64,000 nucleotides of DNA, taken from positions 1,481 to 65,480 of the forward strand of contig CAVOZW010000017.1 in the NCBI GenBank assembly GCA_963701385.1. Direction: 5' to 3'. The position numbers and the translations under genes were made by a program. Positions 34,511-45,200 of this stretch are shown here, in pieces; position 1 is the first letter of the stretch; each line of letters starts with the position of its first letter. Below the pieces are notes generated by a model. It saw only the letters and a program-made list of their open reading frames with translations, did not search any database and had not been told where the DNA came from. Origin of the DNA: an uncultured delta proteobacterium (GTDB taxonomy: Bacteria > Desulfobacterota > Desulfobacteria > Desulfobacterales > B30-G6).

Positions 34511-36243
34511 ATGAGCACACGGTCCCCTACCCGAGCCGGCCACTGAAAGATATCGCCTTTGAGCTTCTCCTTGATCGAAAACCGGGTAAACGTGTTCATC
34601 GAAGCGTAGGAGCCTAAAAAATAGTCGAGGACACCGCCAAACAAGTAGAGATCACCCACACTGGAAAAGTGATCGTGCCGCGCCCCCACCTGTACTTCCA
34701 TCCCGCGCATCATGGCACCGGAAACCAGGCGGTTGGATGGGCTGGAAATGACCTTTTCGATGCCGTTGATGCGCTTCTGATTGGCCAGGAACGCCGGTCG
34801 ATCCCGATTCGCCTCGAAATTATAGAGATCCAATATGGCCCTTAAATTTTCGGCAGTCGCCAAGGAAGTGTAGTTCAGGGAGAGATGAGATAACAGACGC
34901 CACAAAAGGTTGGTTCCCAGGGGCGGCAGGATGTTGCTGGTCGGCGGCCGCAGGTTTTTGAATTCCACATATTCGGGCGTACTGCCGGTGGGTATGCAAA
35001 TGTCGCCCACGCGAATACCTTCAGGCAGGTATCCGTTGGTGCACTGGAGCTGGATGGACAGGGTTACCAGCACCGTCGGATTCGTCCCTGGCGGATATAC
35101 CGCCGATAAAAACATATCGAATCCGCTCCTTACCGGGGACGTTTTTACACGTGTGTGAAAGACGGGGTTAGCCTCTGGATCGGGTGTGAATATCTCGAAG
35201 GGAGCATATACGGTCTCGCGTGCGCTACCCTGGGCAAAGCCGATCACCTTCTCCACCGAATAGACCTGAAAGTGGTCGTCATTGGCCCCGGACGGTCGTA
35301 CGCGGTATTCTGTCTGGCGATGGTCAAGCCGGATCGGATCCGCGTCATATGGAAAGATATTAATCACCGGTGCGGCGCCGAGAACAAAATCGCCCTTACG
35401 GATATTCGATGGAACGAAAGGCAGTTGATCAAAAACAAAGGATATTTCGAACCGGTTGCCCTCGCCCCTGTTCTGCCATCTGCCCCACCCTTTCAGATCC
35501 AGAAACAGGTATTTCTCCGGCAGGATGAAATACTCTTGAAGGATCCGGTAGCCCGGGAAGGAATTGCCCGGATAGGGCAGCAGGCATTCATCGTCGGAAT
35601 ACCCCACTGACTTCAGGTTGTCCGGGGTCAGCATGGCGGCTTCGCCTCCCCCATCCAGCGGTTGGATGACAATCTCCCGCAGGTATTGTCGCAGTAGCAT
35701 AAAGAGGTCTGGGGCCGGGGTGGTTTCGCCGCTTAAATACAGACGCAGGGAATCCGGGTTCCAGTCCTTCAGACTGGTGTTGTGCAGCTCCAGGGTCAGC
35801 GAGATGGCCGGCGGTTGTCCAGCAGTCTCGATATAGGCGGCCTCCAAAATCTCCAGGGGATAAATGGTTACGGGATAGCAGGTCTGAAACAGACAGGGGG
35901 TTCCTTCCACCGGCACCGAAGCCACCTGCACACCTGCCGGAATGGTCATGGTCTGTTGCAGGGTCGGCTTGGGGGTAAAGGCAACGATGGAGGCTGCCGG
36001 AATGGGTCTCAAGTAGTGGGGCCAAATCAGCTGAACCAGCTCATGGATGAGCTCTGGAAACTCGTCGTCCAGTTTCTCCCGCAACAGGGCCGTCAGAAAG
36101 GCCACACCCTCCAACAGGCGTTCCACGTCCGGGTCCGCCGACCGGCCGCTCAGCATAGGCGCTACGGCGGGATGGGCCTTGGAGAACTCCGCCCCGAGTT
36201 CTCTGAGATTGGCAATTTCATCCTGGAAATATCGATTGAACAA
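34507..36243 (-). CDS. tssF: TssF baseplate protein
   Basis: 578 aa, TTG start. N-terminus FNRYFQDEIANLRELGAEFSKAHPAVAPML...DPDVERLLEGVAFLTALLREKLDDEFPE is typical of TssF/ImpG. Confidence 0.9.
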   Translation of the reverse strand: MFNRYFQDEIANLRELGAEFSKAHPAVAPMLSGRSADPDVERLLEGVAFLTALLREKLDDEFPELIHELVQLIWPHYLRPIPAASIVAFTPKPTLQQTMTIPAGVQVASVPVEGTPCLFQTCYPVTIYPLEILEAAYIETAGQPPAISLTLELHNTSLKDWNPDSLRLYLSGETTPAPDLFMLLRQYLREIVIQPLDGGGEAAMLTPDNLKSVGYSDDECLLPYPGNSFPGYRILQEYFILPEKYLFLDLKGWGRWQNRGEGNRFEISFVFDQLPFVPSNIRKGDFVLGAAPVINIFPYDADPIRLDHRQTEYRVRPSGANDDHFQVYSVEKVIGFAQGSARETVYAPFEIFTPDPEANPVFHTRVKTSPVRSGFDMFLSAVYPPGTNPTVLVTLSIQLQCTNGYLPEGIRVGDICIPTGSTPEYVEFKNLRPPTSNILPPLGTNLLWRLLSHLSLNYTSLATAENLRAILDLYNFEANRDRPAFLANQKRINGIEKVISSPSNRLVSGAMMRGMEVQVGARHDHFSSVGDLYLFGGVLDYFLGSYASMNTFTRFSIKEKLKGDIFQWPARVGDRVLI

Positions 36244-36261
36244 GGCCCTTCCCTTTCATCT

Positions 36262-36440
36262 GAATCCTTGAGCCCTCGAATTTTTGGGAGGGCTAAAAAA
36301 ATTCAAATCGTTTCTATCATTCTTACAAGTGACAATCCTTGTGTTATGCTATCACGCATTCGGCTCAGGGCTAAAGCCCTGTTCAACATTAACCATCTGC
36401 TGGTGGTTTCACTTGAACCCTGGCATCCTTGAATCCTCAA
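36262..36440 (-). promoter_or_regulatory. Structured tssE-tssF spacer with four GGA motifs (CUCAAGGAUUC, ACACAAGGAUUGU, UUGAGGAUUCAAGGAUG) and two AGCCCU-type hairpins
   Basis: Read on the minus strand from plus-strand gaatccttgag (36262-36272), acaatccttgtgt (36332-36344) and catccttgaatcctcaa (36424-36440). Hairpins are cagggctttagccctg and agccctc-N10-gagggct. Confidence 0.3.
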
Positions 36441-36485
36441 TTTTCCCACCGACACAAGTGGTGTTATCAGCTCGGAAGATGAATT

Positions 36486-36893
36486 TTAGCGTTTTACCCT
36501 GACCTTCCCATCCGCACCCAGTTCACTCTCAAACACGACCGGTTCATCCCCGATATAGAGCCGACCCAGAATCTTGAATGTCAACGAAAGCCGGTCCTCC
36601 TCCTGGGGGATAAACTTCACCCGGGGGCTTTTAAGCCGGGGCTCGTATTTTTCGATGGCCTTGCAGATGGACCGTTCGAAATCGCGCATGGAAAAAGGAA
36701 AGGTGTTGCGAAAATCGGTGAAATCCGGAATACCGTAATCCGCTGCAATGGGTACATCTCCCTGCCGCGTGTTGAGGATCAACTGCAGATGCCTGAGCAC
36801 CGATACGATGACCTTTTTGGGATCCTCGGTTGCGTTTCGCCCGGGATTTTTTCCCTGAGCTCGTATGCGCTCCAGAAGTCGTTCTTCTCTCAT
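36486..36893 (-). CDS. tssE: TssE (gp25-like baseplate wedge protein)
   Basis: 135 aa. LLERI...SVLRHLQLILNTRQGDVPIAADYGIPDF is typical of GPW/gp25 TssE. Confidence 0.88.
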   Translation of the reverse strand: MREERLLERIRAQGKNPGRNATEDPKKVIVSVLRHLQLILNTRQGDVPIAADYGIPDFTDFRNTFPFSMRDFERSICKAIEKYEPRLKSPRVKFIPQEEDRLSLTFKILGRLYIGDEPVVFESELGADGKVRVKR

Positions 36894-36957
36894 TTTTTAA
36901 CCCAACGATATAACAGCAATTTTAGACATAATTATAGTAATTGCTTAACTACTAAGC

Positions 36958-37464
36958 TCAAGGTTGTTCCCAATCATCCTCTGCAGTCGTGCTAAGTTCC
37001 ATTGAATCCCATTCGATCTTTCGATACGAAAAATACACATCTTCCATCTGCTCAAGATGTGCTTGGGTTGCATCCTGAAAGTTGGGTACCCAAGAATGGA
37101 TTTTTGTTATATTTGCTTGCGTGAGTTTAACGGCAAAGAAAGGCTCCGGGTCAGATCCCTGGATTCTTTGAAATAGAAATTCGACCTCTTCTAATTCATC
37201 GCTTGCGCAGAGGGCTTGATATAGCAGGGGAGAACTTTTATCAAACTGCTTGGTGATCATAATCTGACCATGTTGCCTTTTTCCAGTGGCTTGCCCGGTG
37301 GCTACGTCTGTCGGTAACACAATCGTATGATCCCAAGCCCATACCAGAATCCAGTCTTCTCGACCTGCTACCGCGTTTTTTCTAATACTCTCTTTTGAGC
37401 CTGCTCCCTCGGAAAGAAGTCCTTTCGATTTACTTTGGATTTTCATCCAACCATTGCTCGACAT
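36958..37464 (-). CDS. hcp: Hcp (TssD) tube protein
   Basis: 168 aa. DWILVWAWDHTIVLPTD...TGKRQHGQIMITKQFDKSSPLLYQAL...VYFSYRKIEW matches the Hcp family pattern. Confidence 0.88.
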   Translation of the reverse strand: MSSNGWMKIQSKSKGLLSEGAGSKESIRKNAVAGREDWILVWAWDHTIVLPTDVATGQATGKRQHGQIMITKQFDKSSPLLYQALCASDELEEVEFLFQRIQGSDPEPFFAVKLTQANITKIHSWVPNFQDATQAHLEQMEDVYFSYRKIEWDSMELSTTAEDDWEQP

Positions 37465-37672
37465 AACAACCTCCCTTCAACCTAATTTTATAGATTTGTT
37501 TGACCTTCGATGATCATAACAATCAAATAACTTTAAAAAAAATGCAATCTTCTCAACTGAGCCTCGGCATTCACCTCCTTGTTAAAGATCGAGTTCAACG
37601 CGCTAGATCGGTATGGTTCTTCTGTATAATACGTCTTATAATTGCCATATAGACTGTCCCAATGAGTTGTAA

Positions 37673-39160
37673 TTAGTCCTTATCCAGCTTGCCCACCAGG
37701 GACAGGGTAAAATAGGCGCCCATGTATTTGAAATGGGGCACCACCTTCATGCTCACCTTGTACCACCCGGGATCACCCGCCACATCCTCCACCGTGATCT
37801 GTGCTTTGCGCAAAGGTCTGCGGCTGCGGGAATCAGCACTAGGATTCTCCTGGTCGGAAATGTACTGGCTGATCCAGCTATTCAGTTCTTTGTCCAAATC
37901 GGCGCGCGACTTCCAGGAGCCGATGTTCTCGCGCTGAATCACTTTTAGATAGTGGGCCAGGCGGTTGGCCACGAACATGTAGGGCAGTTGCGTCCCCAGC
38001 TTGTGATTGGTTTCGGCCTCTTTGCCCTCAGGCGTGTTGCCGAAAAATTTTGGTTTTTGGGTCGAGTTGGCTGAAAAAAAGCAGGCGTTATCACTGCCTT
38101 TGCGCATGGCCAGGGCCATGAAGCCCTGTTCGGCCAGCTCGAACTCCCGCCGGTCGGAGATGAGTACTTCCGTGGGAATCTTGGTCTGAACCGCGCCCAT
38201 GGATTCGAACTGGTGTACATTCAGATCCTCCACGGCGCCGCCGCCCAGGGGTCCGATGATGTTGGTGCACCAGCGGTACTTGGCGAAACTGTCGGTCAGT
38301 CGGCTGGCAAAGGTAAAGGCCGCGTTGCCCCACAAGTAATTTTCATGGCCTGATGAAACGTTTTCTTTGTAATTGAAGGCCTTGACCGGATTGTTTTCCG
38401 GGTCATAGGGCAGTCTCAGCAGAAAGCGGGGCAGGGCCAGGGCCACGTTGCGGGCGTCGTCGGAGTCCCTGAAGGACTGCCACTTGACATACTGGGGCCC
38501 TTCAAAGATAGACTCCAAGTCCTTCAGTTTGGGCAGCTCGTTGAAGTCGTCGATTCCGAAAAACTGCGGATCCGCAGCGGCGATAAAAGGACAGTGCGAC
38601 ATGGAAGCCACGCTGGCGATGTTCTGCAGCAGCTTGATGTCCTGGGGACCCGGACCGAAATCGTAATTGGCCACCATGTTCCCATAGGGCTGTCCGCCGA
38701 ACTGACCGAATTCGGCCGTGTAGACCGTGCGGTACAGGCCGGACTTGGTTACCTCGGGTGCATCCTCGAAATCGTCCAGCAGATCCTGCTTGCTGATATT
38801 CAAGAGCTCCAGTTTAATGTTTTCCCGGAAGTCGGTCTTGTCCACCATGTATTTCAGCGAGGACCAGGATGATTCCAGCTTCTGAAAATCTTCGTTGTGC
38901 AGAATGGCGTCTAATTGCAGACTCATTTTATTGTCGATCTCGGCGATCATGTCGTCAATGAGGGCATTGGACACTTTGTCGACCTTGCGGCCGGGCTCGA
39001 CAATCTGGGCGATAAACGCCGCCAAACCTTTTTTGGTTAAAGCGTAGCCCTCGTCTGCCGGCTGAAGCTTGGTGGCGGTGACGATATCATCCAGCAGAGA
39101 AGGCGTTTCGGACACCTCTTCTCCTGTGGTGGCCCCTTCTTTTTCGAGTTTTTCAGACAT
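37673..39160 (-). CDS. tssC: TssC (VipB) large sheath subunit
   Basis: 495 aa with conserved blocks FQKLESSWSSLKYMV, CPFIAAADPQFFG, YVKWQSFRDSDDARNVALALPRFLLRLPYD. Confidence 0.93.
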   Translation of the reverse strand: MSEKLEKEGATTGEEVSETPSLLDDIVTATKLQPADEGYALTKKGLAAFIAQIVEPGRKVDKVSNALIDDMIAEIDNKMSLQLDAILHNEDFQKLESSWSSLKYMVDKTDFRENIKLELLNISKQDLLDDFEDAPEVTKSGLYRTVYTAEFGQFGGQPYGNMVANYDFGPGPQDIKLLQNIASVASMSHCPFIAAADPQFFGIDDFNELPKLKDLESIFEGPQYVKWQSFRDSDDARNVALALPRFLLRLPYDPENNPVKAFNYKENVSSGHENYLWGNAAFTFASRLTDSFAKYRWCTNIIGPLGGGAVEDLNVHQFESMGAVQTKIPTEVLISDRREFELAEQGFMALAMRKGSDNACFFSANSTQKPKFFGNTPEGKEAETNHKLGTQLPYMFVANRLAHYLKVIQRENIGSWKSRADLDKELNSWISQYISDQENPSADSRSRRPLRKAQITVEDVAGDPGWYKVSMKVVPHFKYMGAYFTLSLVGKLDKD

Positions 39161-39174
39161 GCCTTCCCCCTTTC

Positions 39175-39660
39175 TTATTCTTCAATTTTCAATTCTTTTA
39201 ATATTTTTTCCCGGGAGGCGTCGTCCCCGATCAGTGCCTGAATCTTTTTACGGAACTCGGGCCGGTTGCCCATGGGTCCCTTAAGCGCATTCAGGGCCTC
39301 CCGCAGCTCCAGCAGCTTATTGAGCTCTGGGGTATTTTTGACGACCTGTTCGGGCTGGAAGTCTTTCATGGATTCTATTTTGAGGGACAGGGCCATTTCC
39401 GCATCGGGCTCTTCGGAGAGCTTATTCTCCACGGTCAAATCCAGATTGAGTGTCTGGGCTTTCATCACCTCGTTGAAGTTGTCCTTGTCGATGTTGATCG
39501 GCTCCCGTTCCTCGACCATGCGGTCATCTTCTCTAAGCGTGTAGTCTCCCATCACCAGTATTTTCAGGGGCAGCTCGACTTCCTCCTGGGCACCGCCGGT
39601 GGCGGGGCGATAAACAATATTGACCCTTTCCTTTGGCGCCACTGATCCTTCTTTTGCCAT
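39175..39660 (-). CDS. tssB: TssB (VipA) small sheath subunit
   Basis: 161 aa. PKERVNIVYRP...ELPLKILVMGDYT...DFQPEQVVKNTPELNKLLELREAL. Confidence 0.93.
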   Translation of the reverse strand: MAKEGSVAPKERVNIVYRPATGGAQEEVELPLKILVMGDYTLREDDRMVEEREPINIDKDNFNEVMKAQTLNLDLTVENKLSEEPDAEMALSLKIESMKDFQPEQVVKNTPELNKLLELREALNALKGPMGNRPEFRKKIQALIGDDASREKILKELKIEE

Positions 39661-39782
39661 GGTTTCCTCCTTTTGGAATGGTGTTATATATTAGGTTTTA
39701 GGTTTTAAGTCGTTCTCCAAACGAATAATCAACGATAAACAATTAGCGGTTATTGGTACTTCACCTATTTAAAATTCAAGAT

Positions 39783-39817
39783 AATCCTTCCCTTGGATCC
39801 TGGAATCCTTGAACTTC
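39783..39817 (-). promoter_or_regulatory. Cluster of three AGGAU motifs (UUCAAGGAUUCCAGGAUCCAAGGGAAGGAUUAU) immediately 3' of the tssA stop, in the tssA-tssB spacer
   Basis: Plus-strand aatcctt (39783-39789), gatcctg (39796-39802) and aatccttg (39804-39811), read on the minus (mRNA) strand. Confidence 0.3.
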
Positions 39818-41473
39818 CTATTTTAGGCCCAAGGCCTCCACCGGATTCAACCGATTGATCCGGTTTAATACGGCCTCAGCTTTTTCTTGGTCGTCCTGCT
39901 TTTTTTGGGCCTTGTATCCCTGCCAGACGATTTTTAGGGCCTTGAGGGCCAGTTCCGGGTCCCAAGTCTCGAGCTGAAATCGGTCGATGCCTTCGACCAC
40001 CAGCTCCAGTTGCGGCAGTGCCATGGGGGCCCGTTTGGCCGCCACCAGGATCTGGCACAAGGACATGCGCCACAGCATGATTTCCTTGTGGGAAGCGGCG
40101 TTCTTCATTTCCTTCTGCAGCAACCCAACGGCTTGTACGATTTTTTTCTTGCCGGCTAGATCTTGGGCCTCCTGCAGCGTCTCCCGCATGTGGTCCTCCT
40201 CCTTCTCCGAGCCAGCGAACCCAGCCGTGGGTATCGGCGCTTCCATGGCCATGCCTTCGCCAAGCGCGATGTCCTTCAGCCAGGCAATCGTGTCCATGTC
40301 TGCGAAGGGCATGCCCGTGGCAAACGTAAGTTTGGTAATACCCGGGAAGCGGTGCGCGAAATAGGCGGTTTCTTGGCAGACTGTATCGTGGGCCGCCTGG
40401 TAATCGGAACCCAGACCGGCAAGGGCCTCGGCCACCATGCGATTCAGATCTAACCAGAAAAATTCTTGTGAGACTTTTGGCTCGGCGCCCATGAGCAGAT
40501 CCATCCAGGCGTTCTGTGACCGGATGTCATTTAGGGCCTGCACGATGGGTAGGGACGGAGGTGGGTGTAGTGTTCTCCCATTCGTAGCCGACGGCAGCCT
40601 CTCAACGTTCAACCATGCTTGTTGACGCCGGATACGAAAAGCCCGGGCATCGCTCCAATCGCCTTTGTTTAGCAAATCCGCGGCCTTGCTCAGGTAATTT
40701 TGGCCGCTGGAAATGAGTTGCTTTGGATCCACCTCTGTTTCGGCCGGTTTGACCGGTGGGACCATAGGAGAAGCCGACGCCGGTGTCGCTGGTGACGGTC
40801 GACCCGCAGGGAGGTCAGGTTTCTCTTTTGTCCCTGCTTCAACAGCGGGCGACGGTTCTTCCGACTCGGCTGGTTCAGTGGCCTCAGACACTGGGCTGGG
40901 TGCCGCCGGTTCCGCCGGCAATCGTTCAATGTAGTGTTTCAGCTTGACTAGCATGGGCGGCTCAGGCATGTGCTCGCTAAGCAGATTGTCCAGCCCATCC
41001 AGGTTGGAGACCATGGTCTCCGCGGTTTCCGCCGCGACCGAGGGGACATTCTGGTCTTCCAAGGCGCTCATGGTCTTCTCGAGCCACCATTCAAAGGCAC
41101 TCAGGCGGCCACGCATGCGTTTTTTGTCCGGGAACAGCTGGTCCCAGAAATTGGCCGCCAAGTCGTGCATCACCGTCAGCCCCACGGCCAATCCCTCTCC
41201 TTTGTCGGCGCGCACCTGACTGACCGCAAAATAACTGGCCACCAGCAGATCCTTGGACTTTTCGGCCAGAATTTGGGCGGACAGATCGCCTACCTTCTTC
41301 CAATTGACACCCCCGGAAGCCGTGGGCGAGGCAAGCTTGTCAATCTCGGCCTGAAGCGCTTCAAATTCAGGTTCATAGCGCGCATCCCACCCGGTGGGCG
41401 CTTCGGCACTGATGGGATCTTTGCCCAGCTTGAAATAATCCATGATGGTTTCCTTTAGGTTACTCTGAGCCAC
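39818..41473 (-). CDS. tssA: TssA (ImpA_N domain protein)
   Basis: 551 aa. N-terminus LGKDPISAEAPTGWDARYEPEFEALQAEIDKL (ImpA_N), then a Pro/Ala-rich linker and a C-terminal helical domain. Confidence 0.85.
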   Translation of the reverse strand: MAQSNLKETIMDYFKLGKDPISAEAPTGWDARYEPEFEALQAEIDKLASPTASGGVNWKKVGDLSAQILAEKSKDLLVASYFAVSQVRADKGEGLAVGLTVMHDLAANFWDQLFPDKKRMRGRLSAFEWWLEKTMSALEDQNVPSVAAETAETMVSNLDGLDNLLSEHMPEPPMLVKLKHYIERLPAEPAAPSPVSEATEPAESEEPSPAVEAGTKEKPDLPAGRPSPATPASASPMVPPVKPAETEVDPKQLISSGQNYLSKAADLLNKGDWSDARAFRIRRQQAWLNVERLPSATNGRTLHPPPSLPIVQALNDIRSQNAWMDLLMGAEPKVSQEFFWLDLNRMVAEALAGLGSDYQAAHDTVCQETAYFAHRFPGITKLTFATGMPFADMDTIAWLKDIALGEGMAMEAPIPTAGFAGSEKEEDHMRETLQEAQDLAGKKKIVQAVGLLQKEMKNAASHKEIMLWRMSLCQILVAAKRAPMALPQLELVVEGIDRFQLETWDPELALKALKIVWQGYKAQKKQDDQEKAEAVLNRINRLNPVEALGLK

Positions 41474-41475
41474 AA

Positions 41476-42222
41476 TCAGGGTTCTTCAACATCCGCCAAC
41501 GACCATAGACGTGTGAAATCCCCCGCATTGAGCGAACGCTTATACAGGGCCAACGCGAGCCGCTCCGGAATGCCACCCATGAACAGGGCGTTGGGCGTTT
41601 CAATCCCTTGGTCCGCAAGCAAGGCACCCCAAACCTGGACTGCGCTGGTGGGATCCGCTGCGCTGCATCCATCCAGGGCTAGCCATAACTCCCCGTTGTC
41701 GGTTAATTGAAGAGCCTTTTGCCTGGCAGTCTGTTTCTCCTGCAGTCCTGTTTCCTGTGCTGGTTTAGGGCCCCGCTCATTAGGAGCCGGATTTGGAAGA
41801 TTACCCACCTCAACTTCCAATTGGTTTAGATGATCGAAGCGTCGTGACGAAATATGCTCCATCTGATTCCAGACCGAGCTAAGCGCTTGAAACAGAGACG
41901 CCCACCCGTTTTCCCAGCCTTTGATGACACCGCTTCCCATGACCAGGAGTGGGTAAGGCCTGCCGATGCCGTCACTGCTGTCTTTCAGGAGACCGCAAAG
42001 CAACTCCCCTTTCCTGGTCCCCCTGGACCAGAATCGCCAGGATGATTGACCGAATGCCTTTTTGTTGCTGCCGGTAAAGTCCCGGTACCCCCTTTCCACC
42101 CATTCGCTGAAGGCCTTCATCAAAGGGGTTGCCACCCGAAATGCAAAATAGTCCTTAGCCGCAGGGTGCTTACCGCAGGCCGCCCATTTCCAATCGATTT
42201 TCGGTTTTAGGAGTCCCAGCAT
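41476..42222 (-). CDS. tagF: TagF-like (DUF2094) T6SS-associated protein
   Basis: 248 aa. The N-terminal WAACGKHPAAKDYFAF resembles the TagF G(K)xPxxxDF signature. Located between tssM and tssA. Confidence 0.6.
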   Translation of the reverse strand: MLGLLKPKIDWKWAACGKHPAAKDYFAFRVATPLMKAFSEWVERGYRDFTGSNKKAFGQSSWRFWSRGTRKGELLCGLLKDSSDGIGRPYPLLVMGSGVIKGWENGWASLFQALSSVWNQMEHISSRRFDHLNQLEVEVGNLPNPAPNERGPKPAQETGLQEKQTARQKALQLTDNGELWLALDGCSAADPTSAVQVWGALLADQGIETPNALFMGGIPERLALALYKRSLNAGDFTRLWSLADVEEP

Positions 42223-45200
42223 CTCACTATTATCTGTGGTACCTTACCCGGGGCCGACCGCAGTAGTTTTAAAACCGGTTCATGCCCTTGCAGCTTGTAC
42301 CTCACCGTTATGTAATTAACCCCAATTCTTTTTAAGGCCTGCGCTTCCTTAGGAAATTCTTTGGGGAAGAACACCCGCTTGCCCCTCTCAAAATCTTTTA
42401 GAAATTCCGGGAATGCATCGAATCCTTGATATTTTTTGGTGAGAAGAATATCGCCGACCTCGATTTTAAACGTCACGTCACCACACGATTGGGGCGAATA
42501 TTGAAATGTTTTACTGACGGGGTAATTCTGATTAACCAACTGGACCTTGCTATCGGCACACTGCAATTCCACTAATGTTAAATGGGGTTTGACTTCGGCG
42601 TCCCGATTGGCGCCAGTCGGTTCGGCATTGATGGTCACTTTGTAATTATTTTTAACATATTTGGCTGATTTGGCACCTTTGGTCAAATATACAAGAAAGT
42701 CTTTTTCGAAATCGACCTGCCGGCCGTGCACCTTTTTAGCGTAGTAGCCTTTCTCTACACTGCGATTGATAAACGGTTTTGCCGGGCCATTGATAAACTT
42801 GAGCGCCAGGCCTCCCTCTCCCATCAATGTCTGATTCATGTTGCTGCTATCGGACATATCCTGAAGTTCCACCAGCGTATCCTGTTCCCAGATCTCCTGT
42901 AGGCGGCAGGCTGTTTCCTCGAGTACGTAGCGGTAGAAATAGTCTTTGGGGCCGGCTATCAGGTGCCAGATGGTTTTAGACTCCTTATCAGTGGTTTTGA
43001 GTATCGAACTCAGATTGTCCAGTGAATTGTCAGCCACGTAGTAGGGAATTTTGCTGGTGGCGGCATCATCGCTGAAAATGTCTGCAGCAGCCTGATAGGC
43101 CACCGCCCGCGATGAGTAGGCCGGCTTCAATTCTTCGATGGCTGTTTGATATGCAGCAATAATTTTTCCCGCCAGCAGTCTTTTTTCAATGCTAAGAGTG
43201 CCCGCTGCCTTGTCGCCTAAAGCTTTTTCGGCCTTTTCAATCCTTTTGCCCACCGATTTGACCGCTTTTTTCAGAATGCCGCTTTTCTTAGACTCGCTTT
43301 CGGCAACTATTCTGGCTTGTTGACGAATCGCTTTGAAATCGTCCACCAGAGCTGTCCAAGCCGGTCTATCCTGACCCTCCAAAATCGGTTCCAGCTCCCG
43401 CGACATGCGGCTGAGCAGTCCGAAATAAGGTCCTTCGTCCGTGGCCATGCGTATGCCGGCTTCCTGAAACTGCTCCGGCAAGCTCATCTTGTCGGGTGCG
43501 TTCAGAAAAGCCGCCGCAAAGGTGTGCCAATATCGAAAATAACTGTCGGAGTACCAGGTTTGAAATGCGGCTTTCTGGTTAGCGATCAGCAGGGGATCAA
43601 ACAAAGCCGCCTCGATTTCACCCAAAAAGGCATCGATTCCAACTTTGCCCTGGACATTAAAGGCAGGGGGTACGAAGAGATCGTGGGCACCCCCCAGTTC
43701 CGCGCCCCAGAATTCGGCCATGGTCGTGGCCGTATAGCCAGGATCAGCATTTATCCAATCGGCCAGCCAGTTGAGCTTGACCCCCTTTAAAGTCAAGACA
43801 TACTTTAACCAGTTCTGCAGATCGGCCATCTCCTGATTGAGGCCGCTGGTATCCTGCTGCCACAGCAGATAGTAAAGGTTCAGCTTAGAAATTTGCTCAA
43901 CCATCTCGGGTAAAAGGCTTTGATCCCTATCATCGTCCGCCAGGTTGAACGTCGGCTGAGAATGGACCTTCAGCGATGTCAGCGATTCGCCCGCCATCCT
44001 GGCCTTGAGCAGGTTGATTCGCTTCACCAGGTAGGCCACGTGGCTGCCGATTACGGCCTGGGGGGTGGCCGCGGAAAACTGGGTCAGCGAATCGGTCATC
44101 TTTTTCTCTAGGGGGGTCAGAAAGCCGCTTCGAAACTGGGTGCAATATTTCTGTTTCAACGCACCCTCAATATCACGGCTCTGATGGAGACCGAACCGGG
44201 GAATCCACCACCGACTGTTCTGCGTTTCCACCCTCGATACAGCCTGTTGGAACCGGTCCATGATGACGATATCGCTCAGGAGGTCTCCCTGCAGAACCGG
44301 AGCCTGCGACAGTTCATTGGAAACATCTCTCAGCGTCTTCAGGTTTTTTACAAACGAAAAACTCAACAGCCCGCAAAGGGCGATGATGATCGCTACCCAG
44401 GAGGTCAAGCCCAAATTGCGGGTCAAATGTTTCCATTCGATGGCCCGCTGGGTCAGCGAAAAGAGACCCCTGTCCCCGGGCAATATACGTGCAAAAAAAT
44501 CATGTAGAAATAGCCCTTTACTGCTGGCCGTAAGAACTTCTTTCTCATCGATCAAGCCCAGGTCTTTTAGAAAATGCGAATAGGGCGTGCCCTCCTGGCG
44601 GCCACTGCTGAAAAAGATACCTCTGAAATTGGGTGTTTCCTGGTAGGGATTTTCCTGGAAGGTGCCTTTTATAAACGCACCGAGGCCGTCTTTTATCTTT
44701 TCAAATTCCTCGGGAAATATCAGCAGACTCGGGTCAATTCCTTGGGGATCCGGTTTTTCGAACAGGAGCAGCCGAATCTCACGCAACCTGTCGCCAATGG
44801 TACTGACGGTCTTTTTAACAACTGCATCGGTATCGTTGGATCCGTCAGTATTGACGACACCCATGGCCTGCGCATGCATTTTCTCGGTCAGACGATCACA
44901 AAACTGGATGGTCCCTTGAATGAGATCACATTTGGTCACCAGAACATATACGGGAAATGTCGCTCCCAGGACGCGGGACAATTCATCGATGCGACGACGA
45001 ATGCTTTTGCCCGCAGCATCGAGATCCTCGTCGGAAGCGCTCAGGAGCTTGTCGGCGGCGACGGTGACAACCAGACCGTTCAGGGGTTCCTTTTTCCTGA
45101 ATTTTGTCAAAAGGGTTAAAAATTGTTGCCATTCATCTTTATCGCGCCCTTCATCCACCGGAATGGCATACCGACCTGCCGTATCAATGATTATCGCCTG

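Noticed and set aside
36271-36300. The agccctc-N10-gagggct hairpin as a Rho-independent terminator between tssE and tssF
   Set aside because: On the transcribed (minus) strand the T-run precedes rather than follows the stem, so it does not fit an intrinsic terminator. It is retained only as part of the structured spacer.
37568-37592. Strong SD-like AAGGAGGTGA followed by ATG and a 5-codon mini-ORF in the tssC-hcp spacer
   Set aside because: The ATG is only 3 nt from the SD core, and the ORF is too short to evaluate. It may simply be another GGA-containing element.
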